From: a virus
Direction: 5' to 3' (one strand)
IMG/VR virus record: IMGVR_UViG_3300025730_000002
Span: 1-43,389 of that record
Length of the DNA: 43,389 nucleotides
The notes beneath the pieces were generated by a model. It searched no databases and was not told the origin of the DNA. It saw nothing but the letters and a program-made list of their open reading frames with translations. The translations under genes and the position numbers were made by a program. Of this stretch, positions 9,815 to 19,205 are shown in pieces; within the stretch, counting starts at the first letter, position 1, and every line of letters begins with the position of its first letter.

Positions 9815-11614
9815 CTACTCTATCCACCTATTTTTTATGCTAATAGATACAGCCAAAATGTCTGTTAGTTTTTTTGGAATGTCCCATAAATAAAAATCTG
9901 TCATAGATTTTTCTATTATATCCCTCATCTTTTTTACTTCACTTTCTTTAACTTCAACGATAAGTTCATCATGAACTTGTATCAAAATTTTGGCATCTAA
10001 TTTATTTTTCTCTATTTCTTTTTGTAGTTGAACCATAGCTATTTTAATTATATCTGCTGCTAATCCCTGGACAGGTGTATTGATAGCTATCCTCTCAGCA
10101 TGCTTTCTTTTTTCTTTATCATTTGAATTAATGTCTTTTATATATCTTATGCGTCCAGTTATTGTTTTTATATACCCAAATGTTTCAGCTTCCAATGCTG
10201 TTTGTTCAGCATAAAGTTTAAGCATAGGATATGTTTTAAAATAATCATCAAGAACTTTCTTGGCAGTTCTTGGATGGCAATTTAATACTTTGCTTAATCC
10301 ACCAGCTCCCATTCCATATAAAACACCAAAATTTACTTTCTTAGCATTCAGCCTTGCTACAACCTTATCTTTTTCATTAGCAAACAAGCTATTCGCAGTC
10401 ATCTGATGAACATCTTCACCATTCTTAAAAGCATTATATAATTTATTCTCTCCTGAAAGAAAGGCTGCAACCATTAATTCTATTTGATTATAATCAGAGA
10501 TAATAAACTTATACCCATCTCTGGCTACAAAGGCTTGCCTTATTTTTCTTCCTTCTTCATCTTTCTTTGGTATGTTTTGCAGATTAGGATTACTGGAAGC
10601 TAATCTTCCAGTGGCTGTAATCATTTGAGAAAAAGTAGTGTGAAGTCTTCCATCCTTTTTGCTTAACTTTTCAGTAAGAGCAGTAGTATAAGTTGAATCA
10701 AGTTTTTTAATTTTTCTATATGTTAATAGCTTTGAAATAATGGGATGATGCCTTTCCAATAATTGTAAGGTTTCATTGTCGGTAGATAACTGCCCCTTAT
10801 TTGTCATTTTTACCTTTGGTAAACCTAAAACTCTGTATAAAATTCTTTGTAATTGTTTTGAAGAATTAATATTAAATTCTTCTTTTGCAAGCAGATAAAT
10901 ATCTTTTTCTAATTGCTTTAATTGTTTTTCAAAATCAGAGTGAAGGTTATTAAGAAAGATAGCATCTAAACCAATACCGTTCCAGGTCATTTCAGCTAAA
11001 ACTTTTTCTAATGGTAATTCAATACACTGATACCAATCATATAAAACACTATTCTTTTTAAGCTCAAAATTTACAAAAGAAAATAGTTCAAGAGTTGCTC
11101 TGGCATCTTTACTTGAATATTCATCTGCCTCATCTATATCTACATTATCAAAAGTTGTTAATCTGTTTTTAATTTTTATTAGCTTCTTTAATTCGTCTTT
11201 TTCTTTTTGATTGATTAGCCCATATTTTTTAGACTGAGCAGCCAAAGAAGTGTCCTGCTCTGGGTCTAAAAGATAAGCTATTAACTTGGTATCTTCATAC
11301 CATTCGTTTACTTCTAAGCCTAACTTCTTAAGCTGTAAATAGTCAAAATAGAAATTGTGAAAAACTTTAATAACATTTTCGCTTATTAAAGGATTACTCA
11401 ATAATGCTTTAATATCTTCAAGAGAATAATTATTTCCTACTTTATGCTTTATAGGTAAATAAACACTTTCTTCTTTTTTAATTCCCCAAGCAAGTGAAAT
11501 ACCTACTACTTCATCATCAAAGTTTAAGCCAGTAGTTTCAGTATCAATAGCAATTATTTTTTGCTTGGAAAGAATTGTTTTTAATGTTTTTAAATTCATT
11601 ATTTTTAATCGCAC
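9815..11614 (-). CDS. Family A (Pol I-type) DNA polymerase with 3'-5' exonuclease domain
   Basis: Exo motifs DTETTGL, HNFYFDY, YSSKDA. Pol motifs A DYNQIELMVAA, B RLNAKKVNFGVLYGMG, C QVHDELIVEV. The track start at 11614 is GTG. ATG at 11599, just after the upstream small ORF stop, is the more likely start. Confidence 0.95.
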   Translation of the reverse strand: MRLKIMNLKTLKTILSKQKIIAIDTETTGLNFDDEVVGISLAWGIKKEESVYLPIKHKVGNNYSLEDIKALLSNPLISENVIKVFHNFYFDYLQLKKLGLEVNEWYEDTKLIAYLLDPEQDTSLAAQSKKYGLINQKEKDELKKLIKIKNRLTTFDNVDIDEADEYSSKDARATLELFSFVNFELKKNSVLYDWYQCIELPLEKVLAEMTWNGIGLDAIFLNNLHSDFEKQLKQLEKDIYLLAKEEFNINSSKQLQRILYRVLGLPKVKMTNKGQLSTDNETLQLLERHHPIISKLLTYRKIKKLDSTYTTALTEKLSKKDGRLHTTFSQMITATGRLASSNPNLQNIPKKDEEGRKIRQAFVARDGYKFIISDYNQIELMVAAFLSGENKLYNAFKNGEDVHQMTANSLFANEKDKVVARLNAKKVNFGVLYGMGAGGLSKVLNCHPRTAKKVLDDYFKTYPMLKLYAEQTALEAETFGYIKTITGRIRYIKDINSNDKEKRKHAERIAINTPVQGLAADIIKIAMVQLQKEIEKNKLDAKILIQVHDELIVEVKESEVKKMRDIIEKSMTDFYLWDIPKKLTDILAVSISIKNRWIE

Positions 11615-11766
11615 CAGTATTCTTTTTTGCCAATTATATTTTCTGCTATATCCGCATAGTTGTTTCTAAGAAACCATTTCCACTCAGACTTTTCAATAAT
11701 TCGTCCAATAAAGAAGCCTATTATCAGACCAGCCAGAACAGAAAGTATAATAATAATAACAATCAT
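11605..11766 (-). CDS. Small membrane protein (53 aa), below the ORF-track cutoff
   Basis: ATGA overlap with the upstream gene (11763-11766). Hand translation: MIVIIIILSVLAGLIIGFFIGRIIEKSEWKWFLRNNYADIAENIIGKKEYWCD, with an N-terminal TM helix. Confidence 0.5.
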   Translation of the reverse strand: MIVIIIILSVLAGLIIGFFIGRIIEKSEWKWFLRNNYADIAENIIGKKEYWCD

Positions 11767-12227
11767 CTCGACCCCCTCTTTAAGTTTTCTACTGCTTTTT
11801 CAAGCGTTGCTACTTGATTAATAGAATATCTATCGCATACAATATCAATATTTCCTTTTTTCCAAAATCCATCAGGGCAGACTACAATCAGCTTCTCTGG
11901 ACTTTGGCCTACAATTAAGCCAAACTCCAACAGAGTAATCGGCGATTTCGTGCCTGGCGAAAAATACATTATTATTTTTTTAGCCGCTTCCAGAGCTTTG
12001 AGTTCCCAAATCACCTGATTACAAAACTCTGGATTAGTGATTTTTTGCTCCCAACTTGAGTCCCAATCATCTCTACGTGGATTGAAAACAACCCAATCTG
12101 TGTCTTGAAGAAGCTTTTCTACTTTTGATTGCCAATTTTCTGCCATACCCATTTCAATGCTACCAGACAGAAAAACAGATTTAACCCCATTAGGAGGTAT
12201 CCAATCTAAGGGTTTAATAATTCTCAT
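11763..12227 (-). CDS. Nucleoside 2'-deoxyribosyltransferase-superfamily protein
   Basis: N-terminal VFLSGSIEMG, VVFNPRRDDW and a later ITLLEFG segment resemble the Ndt/DNPH1-like Rossmann family. Recognised by eye only. Confidence 0.55.
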   Translation of the reverse strand: MRIIKPLDWIPPNGVKSVFLSGSIEMGMAENWQSKVEKLLQDTDWVVFNPRRDDWDSSWEQKITNPEFCNQVIWELKALEAAKKIIMYFSPGTKSPITLLEFGLIVGQSPEKLIVVCPDGFWKKGNIDIVCDRYSINQVATLEKAVENLKRGSR

Positions 12228-12239
12228 TATTTTTATCCT

Positions 12240-12536
12240 TTATTTTTTATCAAAATCAAAACACTCAAAACTAATAATGGTATTAATATAATCTTTGCCA
12301 ACAAATATCTTACAATCCTTCTTACATTCTTTACATTTATCAAGCATTGTATCTTTAGGCACAGTTCCAACTTCTTCTGTCCACATGTGTATCTTTTCCA
12401 AAGCTTTGTCTATATCTTCTAAAGAAGTGTAGTCTTCTTCAAATCTTTTCATACACTCATCACTACAAAAAAACATGTGGTCTTTGTCTAATACTTTCTT
12501 ACAAAACCTGCAATACCTAACCTTGTTATTTTTCAT
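12240..12536 (-). CDS. Cys-rich zinc-ribbon protein (98 aa)
   Basis: CRFC..FCSDEC near the N-terminus and CKECKKDC near the C-terminus. Function unknown. Confidence 0.6.
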   Translation of the reverse strand: MKNNKVRYCRFCKKVLDKDHMFFCSDECMKRFEEDYTSLEDIDKALEKIHMWTEEVGTVPKDTMLDKCKECKKDCKIFVGKDYINTIISFECFDFDKK

Positions 12537-12900
12537 TTGGAATCTCCATTGTAAGTTTATACATATCTGTATAAATAGGTATGCCAGCTTCTGTAGCTAC
12601 CTTCAACTCTTTCTTTGAGCCTTTTGAATTTTCCCAACCAGGCAGCAGAAACACTGCATCACAAACAGTTAAAAATGATAAGCTCATTTCATAAAAAACT
12701 TCAATATCAAATTCTCCTGCACCATATACAGACAGTGGAAAATCAAAGATAGGAACAAACGGGGCATACCCATACCTTGCTAACCTTTTGGCTGCATCTA
12801 AAAATTTCATAAAATTTTTTCCGTATTCAAGAACTGGATTCTCTTCTTTGTTAGTTGGAGTAATGCTTCCAACAATGTAAATTCTTGTTCTCATTTTCAT
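12526..12900 (-). CDS. DUF4406-like protein (2'-deoxyribosyltransferase superfamily)
   Basis: IYIVGSITP.. and the motif DAVFLLPGWENSKGSKKELKVATEAGIPIY match the LPGWexSxG..E signature remembered for DUF4406. Confidence 0.6.
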   Translation of the reverse strand: MKMRTRIYIVGSITPTNKEENPVLEYGKNFMKFLDAAKRLARYGYAPFVPIFDFPLSVYGAGEFDIEVFYEMSLSFLTVCDAVFLLPGWENSKGSKKELKVATEAGIPIYTDMYKLTMEIPNEK

Positions 12901-13892
12901 TTTTTATCCTTTACTATATTATTTTTAAAATGCTGAATTCTTTTTTCAGCTATTTTAATGTATTCAGGTTCTTTCTCAATACCTATATAAGACATTCCTT
13001 CTAATAAAGCAGCAATTCCTGTTGTTCCAGAACCAATGAAGGGGTCAAGAACTACCCCACCTTTAGATGTAATAAGTCTAATTAAATATCTAATTAAAGC
13101 AATAGGTTTGACAGTAGGATGATTATTTTGTATTTTTCCATTACAGGTTCTTTCGTTGCTGCTTACTTTAGCACAATAAAAAAACTTGCTTACTTTTGCC
13201 CCTCTTTGTTTATCTAACTCTTCTGCTGCTTCTTCATCTAAAATAAAATTAGCTGGAAATCTCGATTGAGGATTACTGTCGGCAGTTCTTAGTTCGCTTC
13301 TAATTTTTCCCACAGGAGTATCTATATTATATTTTCCTTCAGGAAATGCTGATTTATCTTTTTGATTACAAGGTATTCTACAAGCACCAATGTTTAACCC
13401 ACCTACTCCCCACTTTAAAACATTATCAACTATACTTTTTTCTGATAATGGCTTTCTGGCCAAGCAGATTGGTTCGTGTGCTGGCTTTAAAGCTGTCCCC
13501 CAACCTTCAAAATCTTTTTCTTTATTTTTTCCATTTTTATCTAATTGCTTATTAATGTCCAAACTTTTAGGAAATCCAGAACCATATACCCACTCAATCA
13601 TATCCCTGATTTCAAATCCTGCATCCTCAATAGCACAGGCAAGTCTGTGATAAGTTCTTGTCCCACTAAAGGCAAGGAGAAATCCACCTGGTTTTAAAAC
13701 TCTTAAGCATTCTCTTGCCCATTTAAGTGTAAAATCATAATAACTATTTCTTTCTTGTTCAAACCTATCCCAATCTTTTCCCATAAATCTTAAACCATAG
13801 GGCGGGTCGGTTACTATACTATCAATAGAGTTGTTTGGAAATGTTTTAAGAACTTGTAAACAATCACCAGAATAAATTATATTAGTTTTCAT
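12897..13892 (-). CDS. DNA methyltransferase, beta class (N6-adenine or N4-cytosine)
   Basis: Motif IV IVTDPPYG is N-terminal and motif I VLDPFIGSGTTGIAA is C-terminal. The IV-before-I order indicates beta class. Confidence 0.9.
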   Translation of the reverse strand: MKTNIIYSGDCLQVLKTFPNNSIDSIVTDPPYGLRFMGKDWDRFEQERNSYYDFTLKWARECLRVLKPGGFLLAFSGTRTYHRLACAIEDAGFEIRDMIEWVYGSGFPKSLDINKQLDKNGKNKEKDFEGWGTALKPAHEPICLARKPLSEKSIVDNVLKWGVGGLNIGACRIPCNQKDKSAFPEGKYNIDTPVGKIRSELRTADSNPQSRFPANFILDEEAAEELDKQRGAKVSKFFYCAKVSSNERTCNGKIQNNHPTVKPIALIRYLIRLITSKGGVVLDPFIGSGTTGIAALLEGMSYIGIEKEPEYIKIAEKRIQHFKNNIVKDKK

Positions 13893-14206
13893 TATTTTAT
13901 ATCCTTCTCCAAAAAAATGCCAAGCAATAATAGCAAATAATTTATAGCATCATAAATTCTTGATTCAATTGTTTCAGTATCATCTACATACTCACCTCGA
14001 ACATAAGAACAAATAGCATCAAGATGTTTTCTGAGGTATATCCACAGAACTTTTTCTGGTGGTATGCCTAATTCTTCACCAATGCTTTTAAAATTTCTAA
14101 GATAATCCTCTTTACCAGAATAATTGATGCCTTTACTCATTCTAATCTTTTTTATTTCTGGTAAAACTATCTCGTCCACATATTTTTCAAATGTTTCTCT
14201 ATTCAT
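13892..14206 (-). CDS. DUF1599/MazG-like all-alpha nucleotide-associated protein
   Basis: ATG 14206 follows GAGGAG and lies 1 nt after the upstream stop; the track start at 14239 is less likely. The pattern KGINYSGKEDYLRNF...ESRIYDAINYLLLL resembles DUF1599/MazG-type helices. Confidence 0.5.
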   Translation of the reverse strand: MNRETFEKYVDEIVLPEIKKIRMSKGINYSGKEDYLRNFKSIGEELGIPPEKVLWIYLRKHLDAICSYVRGEYVDDTETIESRIYDAINYLLLLLGIFLEKDIK

Positions 14207-14207
14207 T

Positions 14208-14456
14208 TTATTTCTCCTCAAAATGTGAGAATCCAGCATCTTTAAGATATTGCGTTAGTTTTTTGATTTCAAACCTATCGCAATATTTTTTGCTACTAAT
14301 CTTATATTGATTTTTCTCCAATGGTTGTATCGTAAAAACTGTAAATCCACAACCAATTAGTGGAAGTATTCCTATACCAATCTCTGATTCCATACAAGAT
14401 ATTTCAGCTAAAATATCAAACGAACTGTTTGTTCTGTCTGTATATTGTTTTTTCAT
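14208..14456 (-). CDS. Hypothetical protein (82 aa)
   Basis: Tightly packed within the operon with a 4-nt overlap to the upstream gene. No motif recognised. Confidence 0.55.
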   Translation of the reverse strand: MKKQYTDRTNSSFDILAEISCMESEIGIGILPLIGCGFTVFTIQPLEKNQYKISSKKYCDRFEIKKLTQYLKDAGFSHFEEK

Positions 14457-15139
14457 ATTGACCTCTTTCCATGCAAAACATATTTGTTTAACCTGTTATA
14501 AAGTTCTTTCAAAGAAACAACATCCTCAATGTTATGGGCAAGAACATACTCTAACTCTTTTGTATCTCCAGCAGAAGCTCTCATCCAGATATTAGGGTCT
14601 CCAGGCAAGGTTTTGGCTGGTATCTCAAGCAAACCACAAGCATTCCCTAACTTCTTTCTTGATAATCTTAACTTTTGTTTAACCATAATATAAGCATCTT
14701 CTACAAGGATTTCTTTATATCCTGGAAAATCTATGCCCCACCTTAACGCTCTCGTTCTTGCAAATGGAATATCAAAACGATAGTCAACTCCATTATATAC
14801 AACAACCCTGTCATACCCTTTTAATGCTTTTGAAAGTGATGCCACAATTCTTTTATCGAAAGTATATGTCTTTCTGATTTCATCTGGTTGAATTAAATCT
14901 TTTTCTACTTCATCTGTATCATTATTGAGAATACACCAGGATAGCATGAAATCATAGTCTGCATAGAATCCTGATGTTTCAATATCAAGAAATCCTATCT
15001 TCTCTATGAATGGTGAATCCTTTGGAGCTTCTTCAAAGAAACAGTTTTGATGCTCCAGGTAACTCATTGAGTGTTTACAATAATGAGTTGCAAGCCAATC
15101 AATTTCTGATTTTTTTAATTTCTTAATGTTTAACTTCAT
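14453..15139 (-). CDS. RNase H-like (DnaQ/PolB-exo type) 3'-5' exonuclease
   Basis: Acidic motifs GFLDIETSG, YNGVDYRFDIPF and HNIEDV, in the order typical of DEDD-type exonucleases. Confidence 0.7.
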   Translation of the reverse strand: MKLNIKKLKKSEIDWLATHYCKHSMSYLEHQNCFFEEAPKDSPFIEKIGFLDIETSGFYADYDFMLSWCILNNDTDEVEKDLIQPDEIRKTYTFDKRIVASLSKALKGYDRVVVYNGVDYRFDIPFARTRALRWGIDFPGYKEILVEDAYIMVKQKLRLSRKKLGNACGLLEIPAKTLPGDPNIWMRASAGDTKELEYVLAHNIEDVVSLKELYNRLNKYVLHGKRSI

Positions 15140-15152
15140 ACTTTTCTCTACA

Positions 15153-15365
15153 TTAAATACTTGCTTTTAATTTTGCCCATTCTTTTCTATCCTTTCTTAA
15201 ACTTGCTAACTCTTTAATAACTTCAAACAATTTAAGTTGCTGTTCAAATAATGCGTCTGTCATATTCATACAGGAAATTGTGTTAAAAAGAATACGAGAA
15301 ACATCATACAATTTTTCAAGCAAAATGTCATCAAATGTTTCTAAATTTTTTTCTAACTCACTCAT
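15153..15365 (-). CDS. Hypothetical helical protein (70 aa)
   Basis: In-operon ORF with a 4-nt overlap to the upstream gene. Confidence 0.55.
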   Translation of the reverse strand: MSELEKNLETFDDILLEKLYDVSRILFNTISCMNMTDALFEQQLKLFEVIKELASLRKDRKEWAKLKASI

Positions 15366-15700
15366 TTTTTTACTCCTTTTCTTTTTTCAAAATCACAACA
15401 CCAAAAATTTTCTGGTGTTATTGCTTCTGGTTCATAATAATCATCATCACAAGTTGCTGGGTCAAATGGTATTGATGCACACCTACCAAATACCTCATCT
15501 TGCCTATTCCAATAACAACAATTCTTACATATCTTTTTATTCTCTACGTCAAACATTACCAAACCTAAACTTTCTAATGCTTCCTTTTCGCTATCCCCAC
15601 AGCCCCGATATACCGCTTCACCCAGCTCTGGTATCCTGGCTTCATAGCCATCGTTGTCAGGTAATTCGACTATTTCAATTGTTAGCTTTTTCATGCTCAT
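15362..15700 (-). CDS. HicB-like (UPF0150) domain fused to a Cys-rich CxxC...FWCC domain
   Basis: N-terminal LTIEIVELPDNDGYEARIPELGEAVYRGCGDSEKEALESL fits the HicB antitoxin fold pattern. C-terminal CKNCCYW..GRC..FWCCDFEKR is paralogous to 21643..21939. Confidence 0.6.
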   Translation of the reverse strand: MSMKKLTIEIVELPDNDGYEARIPELGEAVYRGCGDSEKEALESLGLVMFDVENKKICKNCCYWNRQDEVFGRCASIPFDPATCDDDYYEPEAITPENFWCCDFEKRKGVKK

Positions 15701-16031
15701 TTTGCTCCTCTTCGGTATTATTTGGTTGTTTTTCTATTTCTTGAATACCAACCATCCCAACAAATTCTACTGATACTACAACTGCTTCAAATTTTTTCCA
15801 AGACGCTGGGTCTTTGCCGACCACTGTTTTAAGAGCAACTTCTGCCGCATTTTGAATCATTTCAGCCCCAAATTCTCCCCAAACTGCTGCATATACTTCT
15901 TTTCTTATCTGTGGTGGATAAGGGACTTTAGACCAACCAATATTGTGTCTGGCATCCTCTTCTATTTTTTGTTTCCACTCTCTTAATGCTTCCAGGTCAT
16001 CATATTCAATCACCACTTTAAATAGTTGCAT
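15675..16031 (-). CDS. Hypothetical protein (118 aa)
   Basis: In-operon ORF with an AGGAG RBS. No motif recognised. Confidence 0.6.
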   Translation of the reverse strand: MQLFKVVIEYDDLEALREWKQKIEEDARHNIGWSKVPYPPQIRKEVYAAVWGEFGAEMIQNAAEVALKTVVGKDPASWKKFEAVVVSVEFVGMVGIQEIEKQPNNTEEEQNEHEKANN

Positions 16032-16049
16032 TTTATTTCTCCTTTTATT

Positions 16050-17624
16050 CTAATATCTATTATACTCTTTTTTATTTAATTTGTCAATAGGTGGAATATA
16101 ATCATACCATTCACCTATAGTCTCAATATTTACCCCCTTTATTTTGTAGTCAATACATTTAAAATTAGGGTTATCTTTAGTTGCCCAATTTTTTGCTTTA
16201 ACAATAGTTAATCTGTCTCTATCCATTGACAAATAAACTCTGGGTTTTTCTAAACCAAAGCTTGCCCCTCTACCCAATAGCTTTGAGCTATCCTTTTGAA
16301 TACCAACTAAACAAATACCTTTATCTAATTTTTCATGTATCTTATTTATCTGCTGTCCTATTTTCCAAAACTCATCTTCTATCTCAAGATAATCTATCAC
16401 ATTTATATCGTTTGGCTTAATAACATCAGCAAAATTATTAGACCTGCAGTAAAAATTTGCTTTCCATTTCGTTTTAAACTGGCTTAATCTAATAGCTAAT
16501 TCTTCTTCAGACATTTCTGAATTGAAATAATGTATCTGATACTTATCCTGATTCATCTTTACAAAATTTAACATGAATAGAGTCTTTCCAACATTTTGAA
16601 CTCCAGCAATAATAATAATATTTTTAGGATAAACAGCAAACTTCTTTTCTAATCCAAATGGAAAAATTAAATCTAATGGTTTTCCAGGCTTTAAAGTATT
16701 AAGATTTATTGGCTCAAGCTCGCTTTCTTTTTTTCGATATGTGGCATTCCACTTTCCATATTTCTCTAAAATACCTTCATCTACCATATCACTTAGAATT
16801 TTAGAAATATTCTTTTTATCAGCAGTAGAAAATACATTTAAATCTTGACAAACATTTCTAAAAGAAAATACACCAGACACATTTTCTACATATTCTCTAA
16901 CCTCTTCAACAAGAGTGCTACCTTTCTCTCCAACTCTCTTTAATGCTGAAGTAATCTTAATTCTCAATGCATCATCTGGGAATGGTGGCTGGCACATATC
17001 AGCATAAGGTTTCAATGCATCATATATTTCATCGTATCTCATCCCACCCTTAGCAAGAACCAATGCTAAATGAAATAGACCAGAATCTCTACCACCAAGC
17101 TTAAGATTGTCTTTTGTGAATCGATACTTATTGCTGTCTTTACTGTTTAAGAACTCAACTAACTTATCTGGAACTTTACTTAGTTTTTCTGGCAATGAAA
17201 TCCAGGCATATTCTTTCCCATTAATTTTAGAAGGTGGTAATAATACATAAGCTCCGTCATTTCTAATGTCTATCTTTAGATTTCTATTAGTGGTTGTTCT
17301 AAGTTCTGGTGTGTAAGAAAAATAAAAATGCTGTCCACCTCTTGGCGTTACAACCAGCCCACACTCATCATCATCAGATAGCATAGAAGTTATCTTATCA
17401 ACAGCCTCTTTACTATCTACATCTATAACCGTTATCCCAGATACTTCACCAGTTATGACACCAACATTACCGTCTTCACCATTATTCTTAATCCACTCAA
17501 GCATTTCTTTTTTTCTTGGCTTTTCGTCCTGATACTGCTTCCATTTTATTGTGCAAACTTTACTGTTTGTGCTAATGGGTATCACTACCCATCCTCTATC
17601 AATATACTTTTTTATCTCTTTCAT
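16050..17624 (-). CDS. Bifunctional primase-polymerase (prim-pol) / P-loop replicative helicase
   Basis: Prim-pol motifs GWVVIPIS, ITVIDVDS, TPRGGQHFYF. A central winged-helix-like segment NISKILSDMVDEGILEKYGKWNATYRK. Walker A AGVQNVGKT in the C-terminal domain. Confidence 0.9.
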   Translation of the reverse strand: MKEIKKYIDRGWVVIPISTNSKVCTIKWKQYQDEKPRKKEMLEWIKNNGEDGNVGVITGEVSGITVIDVDSKEAVDKITSMLSDDDECGLVVTPRGGQHFYFSYTPELRTTTNRNLKIDIRNDGAYVLLPPSKINGKEYAWISLPEKLSKVPDKLVEFLNSKDSNKYRFTKDNLKLGGRDSGLFHLALVLAKGGMRYDEIYDALKPYADMCQPPFPDDALRIKITSALKRVGEKGSTLVEEVREYVENVSGVFSFRNVCQDLNVFSTADKKNISKILSDMVDEGILEKYGKWNATYRKKESELEPINLNTLKPGKPLDLIFPFGLEKKFAVYPKNIIIIAGVQNVGKTLFMLNFVKMNQDKYQIHYFNSEMSEEELAIRLSQFKTKWKANFYCRSNNFADVIKPNDINVIDYLEIEDEFWKIGQQINKIHEKLDKGICLVGIQKDSSKLLGRGASFGLEKPRVYLSMDRDRLTIVKAKNWATKDNPNFKCIDYKIKGVNIETIGEWYDYIPPIDKLNKKEYNRY

Positions 17625-17626
17625 TT

Positions 17627-17824
17627 TTATTTTTCTCTTCTCAAAGTCAATTTACTTGCCTCTCTGATTGTTAAATTTTTGCTTGACGCTAAATATACAG
17701 CTTGACTAAATAGCTTAAGAGGACACTCCATTGAATAGCAACAAGGAGCATTAGTTTCTTTTCTACAAATCTGGCAAAACTTATGCATTTCATTCGTATC
17801 AATCCATGATTTTATTGTATTCAT
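17627..17824 (-). CDS. Small Cys-rich protein (65 aa)
   Basis: AGGGAG RBS. Cys-rich segment CQIC..APCCYSMEC. Confidence 0.55.
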   Translation of the reverse strand: MNTIKSWIDTNEMHKFCQICRKETNAPCCYSMECPLKLFSQAVYLASSKNLTIREASKLTLRREK

Positions 17825-17914
17825 GACAATCTCCCTAAGGGTTTATACGCACCTACCTTACTTTTAAAAGTTTCAATCAATAAAAGTAGCGATTTTACAA
17901 GAAAAACACCTATT

Positions 17915-18100
17915 CTACACATCATTCTTGCTCGTTTTTCGTGGTCTTTTTCCAAATCTATATGGCCAGAGAGGGCAGTCAGTAATTTCACACAGTTTAA
18001 CTTCTTGCTTTGCCCCACCACAGCAATCAAGACATTTAGCTCTCATTGCCTTTAGTGGTCTTAATAATGATTTTAGATTTTTTATTTCTTTTATTTTCAT
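17915..18100 (-). CDS. Small zinc-binding protein, CLDCCGG...C..DCPLWPYRFG type
   Basis: The motif KCLDCCGGAKQEVKLCEITDCPLWPYRFGKRP is a recurrent small phage/plasmid protein pattern. Preferred over the overlapping frame 17821..18030. Confidence 0.6.
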   Translation of the reverse strand: MKIKEIKNLKSLLRPLKAMRAKCLDCCGGAKQEVKLCEITDCPLWPYRFGKRPRKTSKNDV

Positions 18101-18926
18101 TTTCTTTTTCTTTCTTATTGTTTGATTTTATATAGCCACACTGGCTGGCCACATCACAGTAATTTAAGCATCTTTTCTCTCCCCAGGTTTCTTTATCAGT
18201 GCATTTAGGGCATGGAACTCTCTCGTTAATAACATCATCCAGCAATTTTATCCTGTTCTCTACAAACCTTTTAACACTTTCAGTTGGAAGAATAGGAATA
18301 GGAAGCTTAAAAATAGGTGTTTGAATAGATGATGTATAAACACTATTAGCAGTAAAATCTTTTACTACTGGTATAAGAATCAGTTTCTTTGCTTCTGGAA
18401 ATTTATATGTTTTGTAAATGTTAAGCTGGTGAATATAATCATCAAGACCTTGCCCTTTCAACATCCTTTCTGCTTCATACAACTTTATTATCTTGTAATC
18501 ATAGATTGTTTTGTTTTCTACATCATACAAATCTGGAGTTCCTGTCAGCTTCAAACCACCAATGCTTACCTCAAAGCTTGTGTCTGGTTCAAATATAAAT
18601 TTTCCTTTATATTTATCTCTTCTTGAAAGTAAGAAGTTATGATAAGCAGTTCCGATTGTGGTATTTATTACTCCGTTTATGGTAGTGTAATAGTCATGCT
18701 TTCTTTGGAGATAAATAATCCTTACAGGCTTTGTCAGTTCAGTGACATGATAAACACCTGGTTCTAAATTTCGTTCGCTGAATAAAGCATCAATAACAGT
18801 TATTGGTAAGCACTGGCTTTTACAATTTAAACATTTCTTAAAGTCTGGGAATTCTGAAGGTTCTTTGTCCTGGGGACAATAAAATCCTTTCAGCATTTTA
18901 GTTAGTCCTTTCTTTTTCTTTATCAA
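18036..18926 (-). CDS. PD-(D/E)XK nuclease, Cas4/RecB-like with Cys cluster
   Basis: Motif GTPDLYD...IYDYKIIK (D..D/ExK). C-terminal CPKC..C..YC..C cluster plus N-terminal CLNCKSQC. The start may be ATG 18896, just after the upstream stop. Confidence 0.75.
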   Translation of the reverse strand: MIKKKKGLTKMLKGFYCPQDKEPSEFPDFKKCLNCKSQCLPITVIDALFSERNLEPGVYHVTELTKPVRIIYLQRKHDYYTTINGVINTTIGTAYHNFLLSRRDKYKGKFIFEPDTSFEVSIGGLKLTGTPDLYDVENKTIYDYKIIKLYEAERMLKGQGLDDYIHQLNIYKTYKFPEAKKLILIPVVKDFTANSVYTSSIQTPIFKLPIPILPTESVKRFVENRIKLLDDVINERVPCPKCTDKETWGEKRCLNYCDVASQCGYIKSNNKKEKENENKRNKKSKIIIKTTKGNES

Positions 18927-19185
18927 AAATATTTTTCAATTTTTGTGATGTATGATATTCTTTAAACATCTCAAAATCTTCTTGTGTCATTTCAAATACT
19001 GTTTTTACATAGTGTAAATTCACCCAGCCATTCTTTCTAATCTCAGTCTCAGAATCAATAACAGACACAGGAATTATAGTGCTATTGCTTAATTCTGTAT
19101 AGACCCAGGCAGGAGAGTTCTCAATGATAATAAAGGTTTTGTCAGTAAGTTCAAGAAACAAATATTTTGCATCATTTTTTTCCAT
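18898..19185 (-). CDS. Hypothetical protein (95 aa)
   Basis: AGGAG RBS, in-operon ORF. Confidence 0.6.
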   Translation of the reverse strand: MEKNDAKYLFLELTDKTFIIIENSPAWVYTELSNSTIIPVSVIDSETEIRKNGWVNLHYVKTVFEMTQEDFEMFKEYHTSQKLKNIFDKEKERTN

Positions 19186-19205
19186 TTTTATTCTCCTTTT
19201 CTAAA

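Noticed and set aside
15280-15744. 154-aa plus-strand ORF antisense to replication-block genes; similar shadow ORFs occur at 11575..11817, 13346..13650, 20727..21164 and 23511..23723
   Set aside because: All lie opposite well-supported genes with recognisable motifs or RBS-coupled starts. They have low-complexity translations and lack RBSs.
17821-18030. 69-aa minus-strand ORF overlapping 17915..18100
   Set aside because: The alternative frame encodes the recognisable CLDCCGG..CPLWPYRFG zinc protein. This frame has no motif and would overlap both neighbours.
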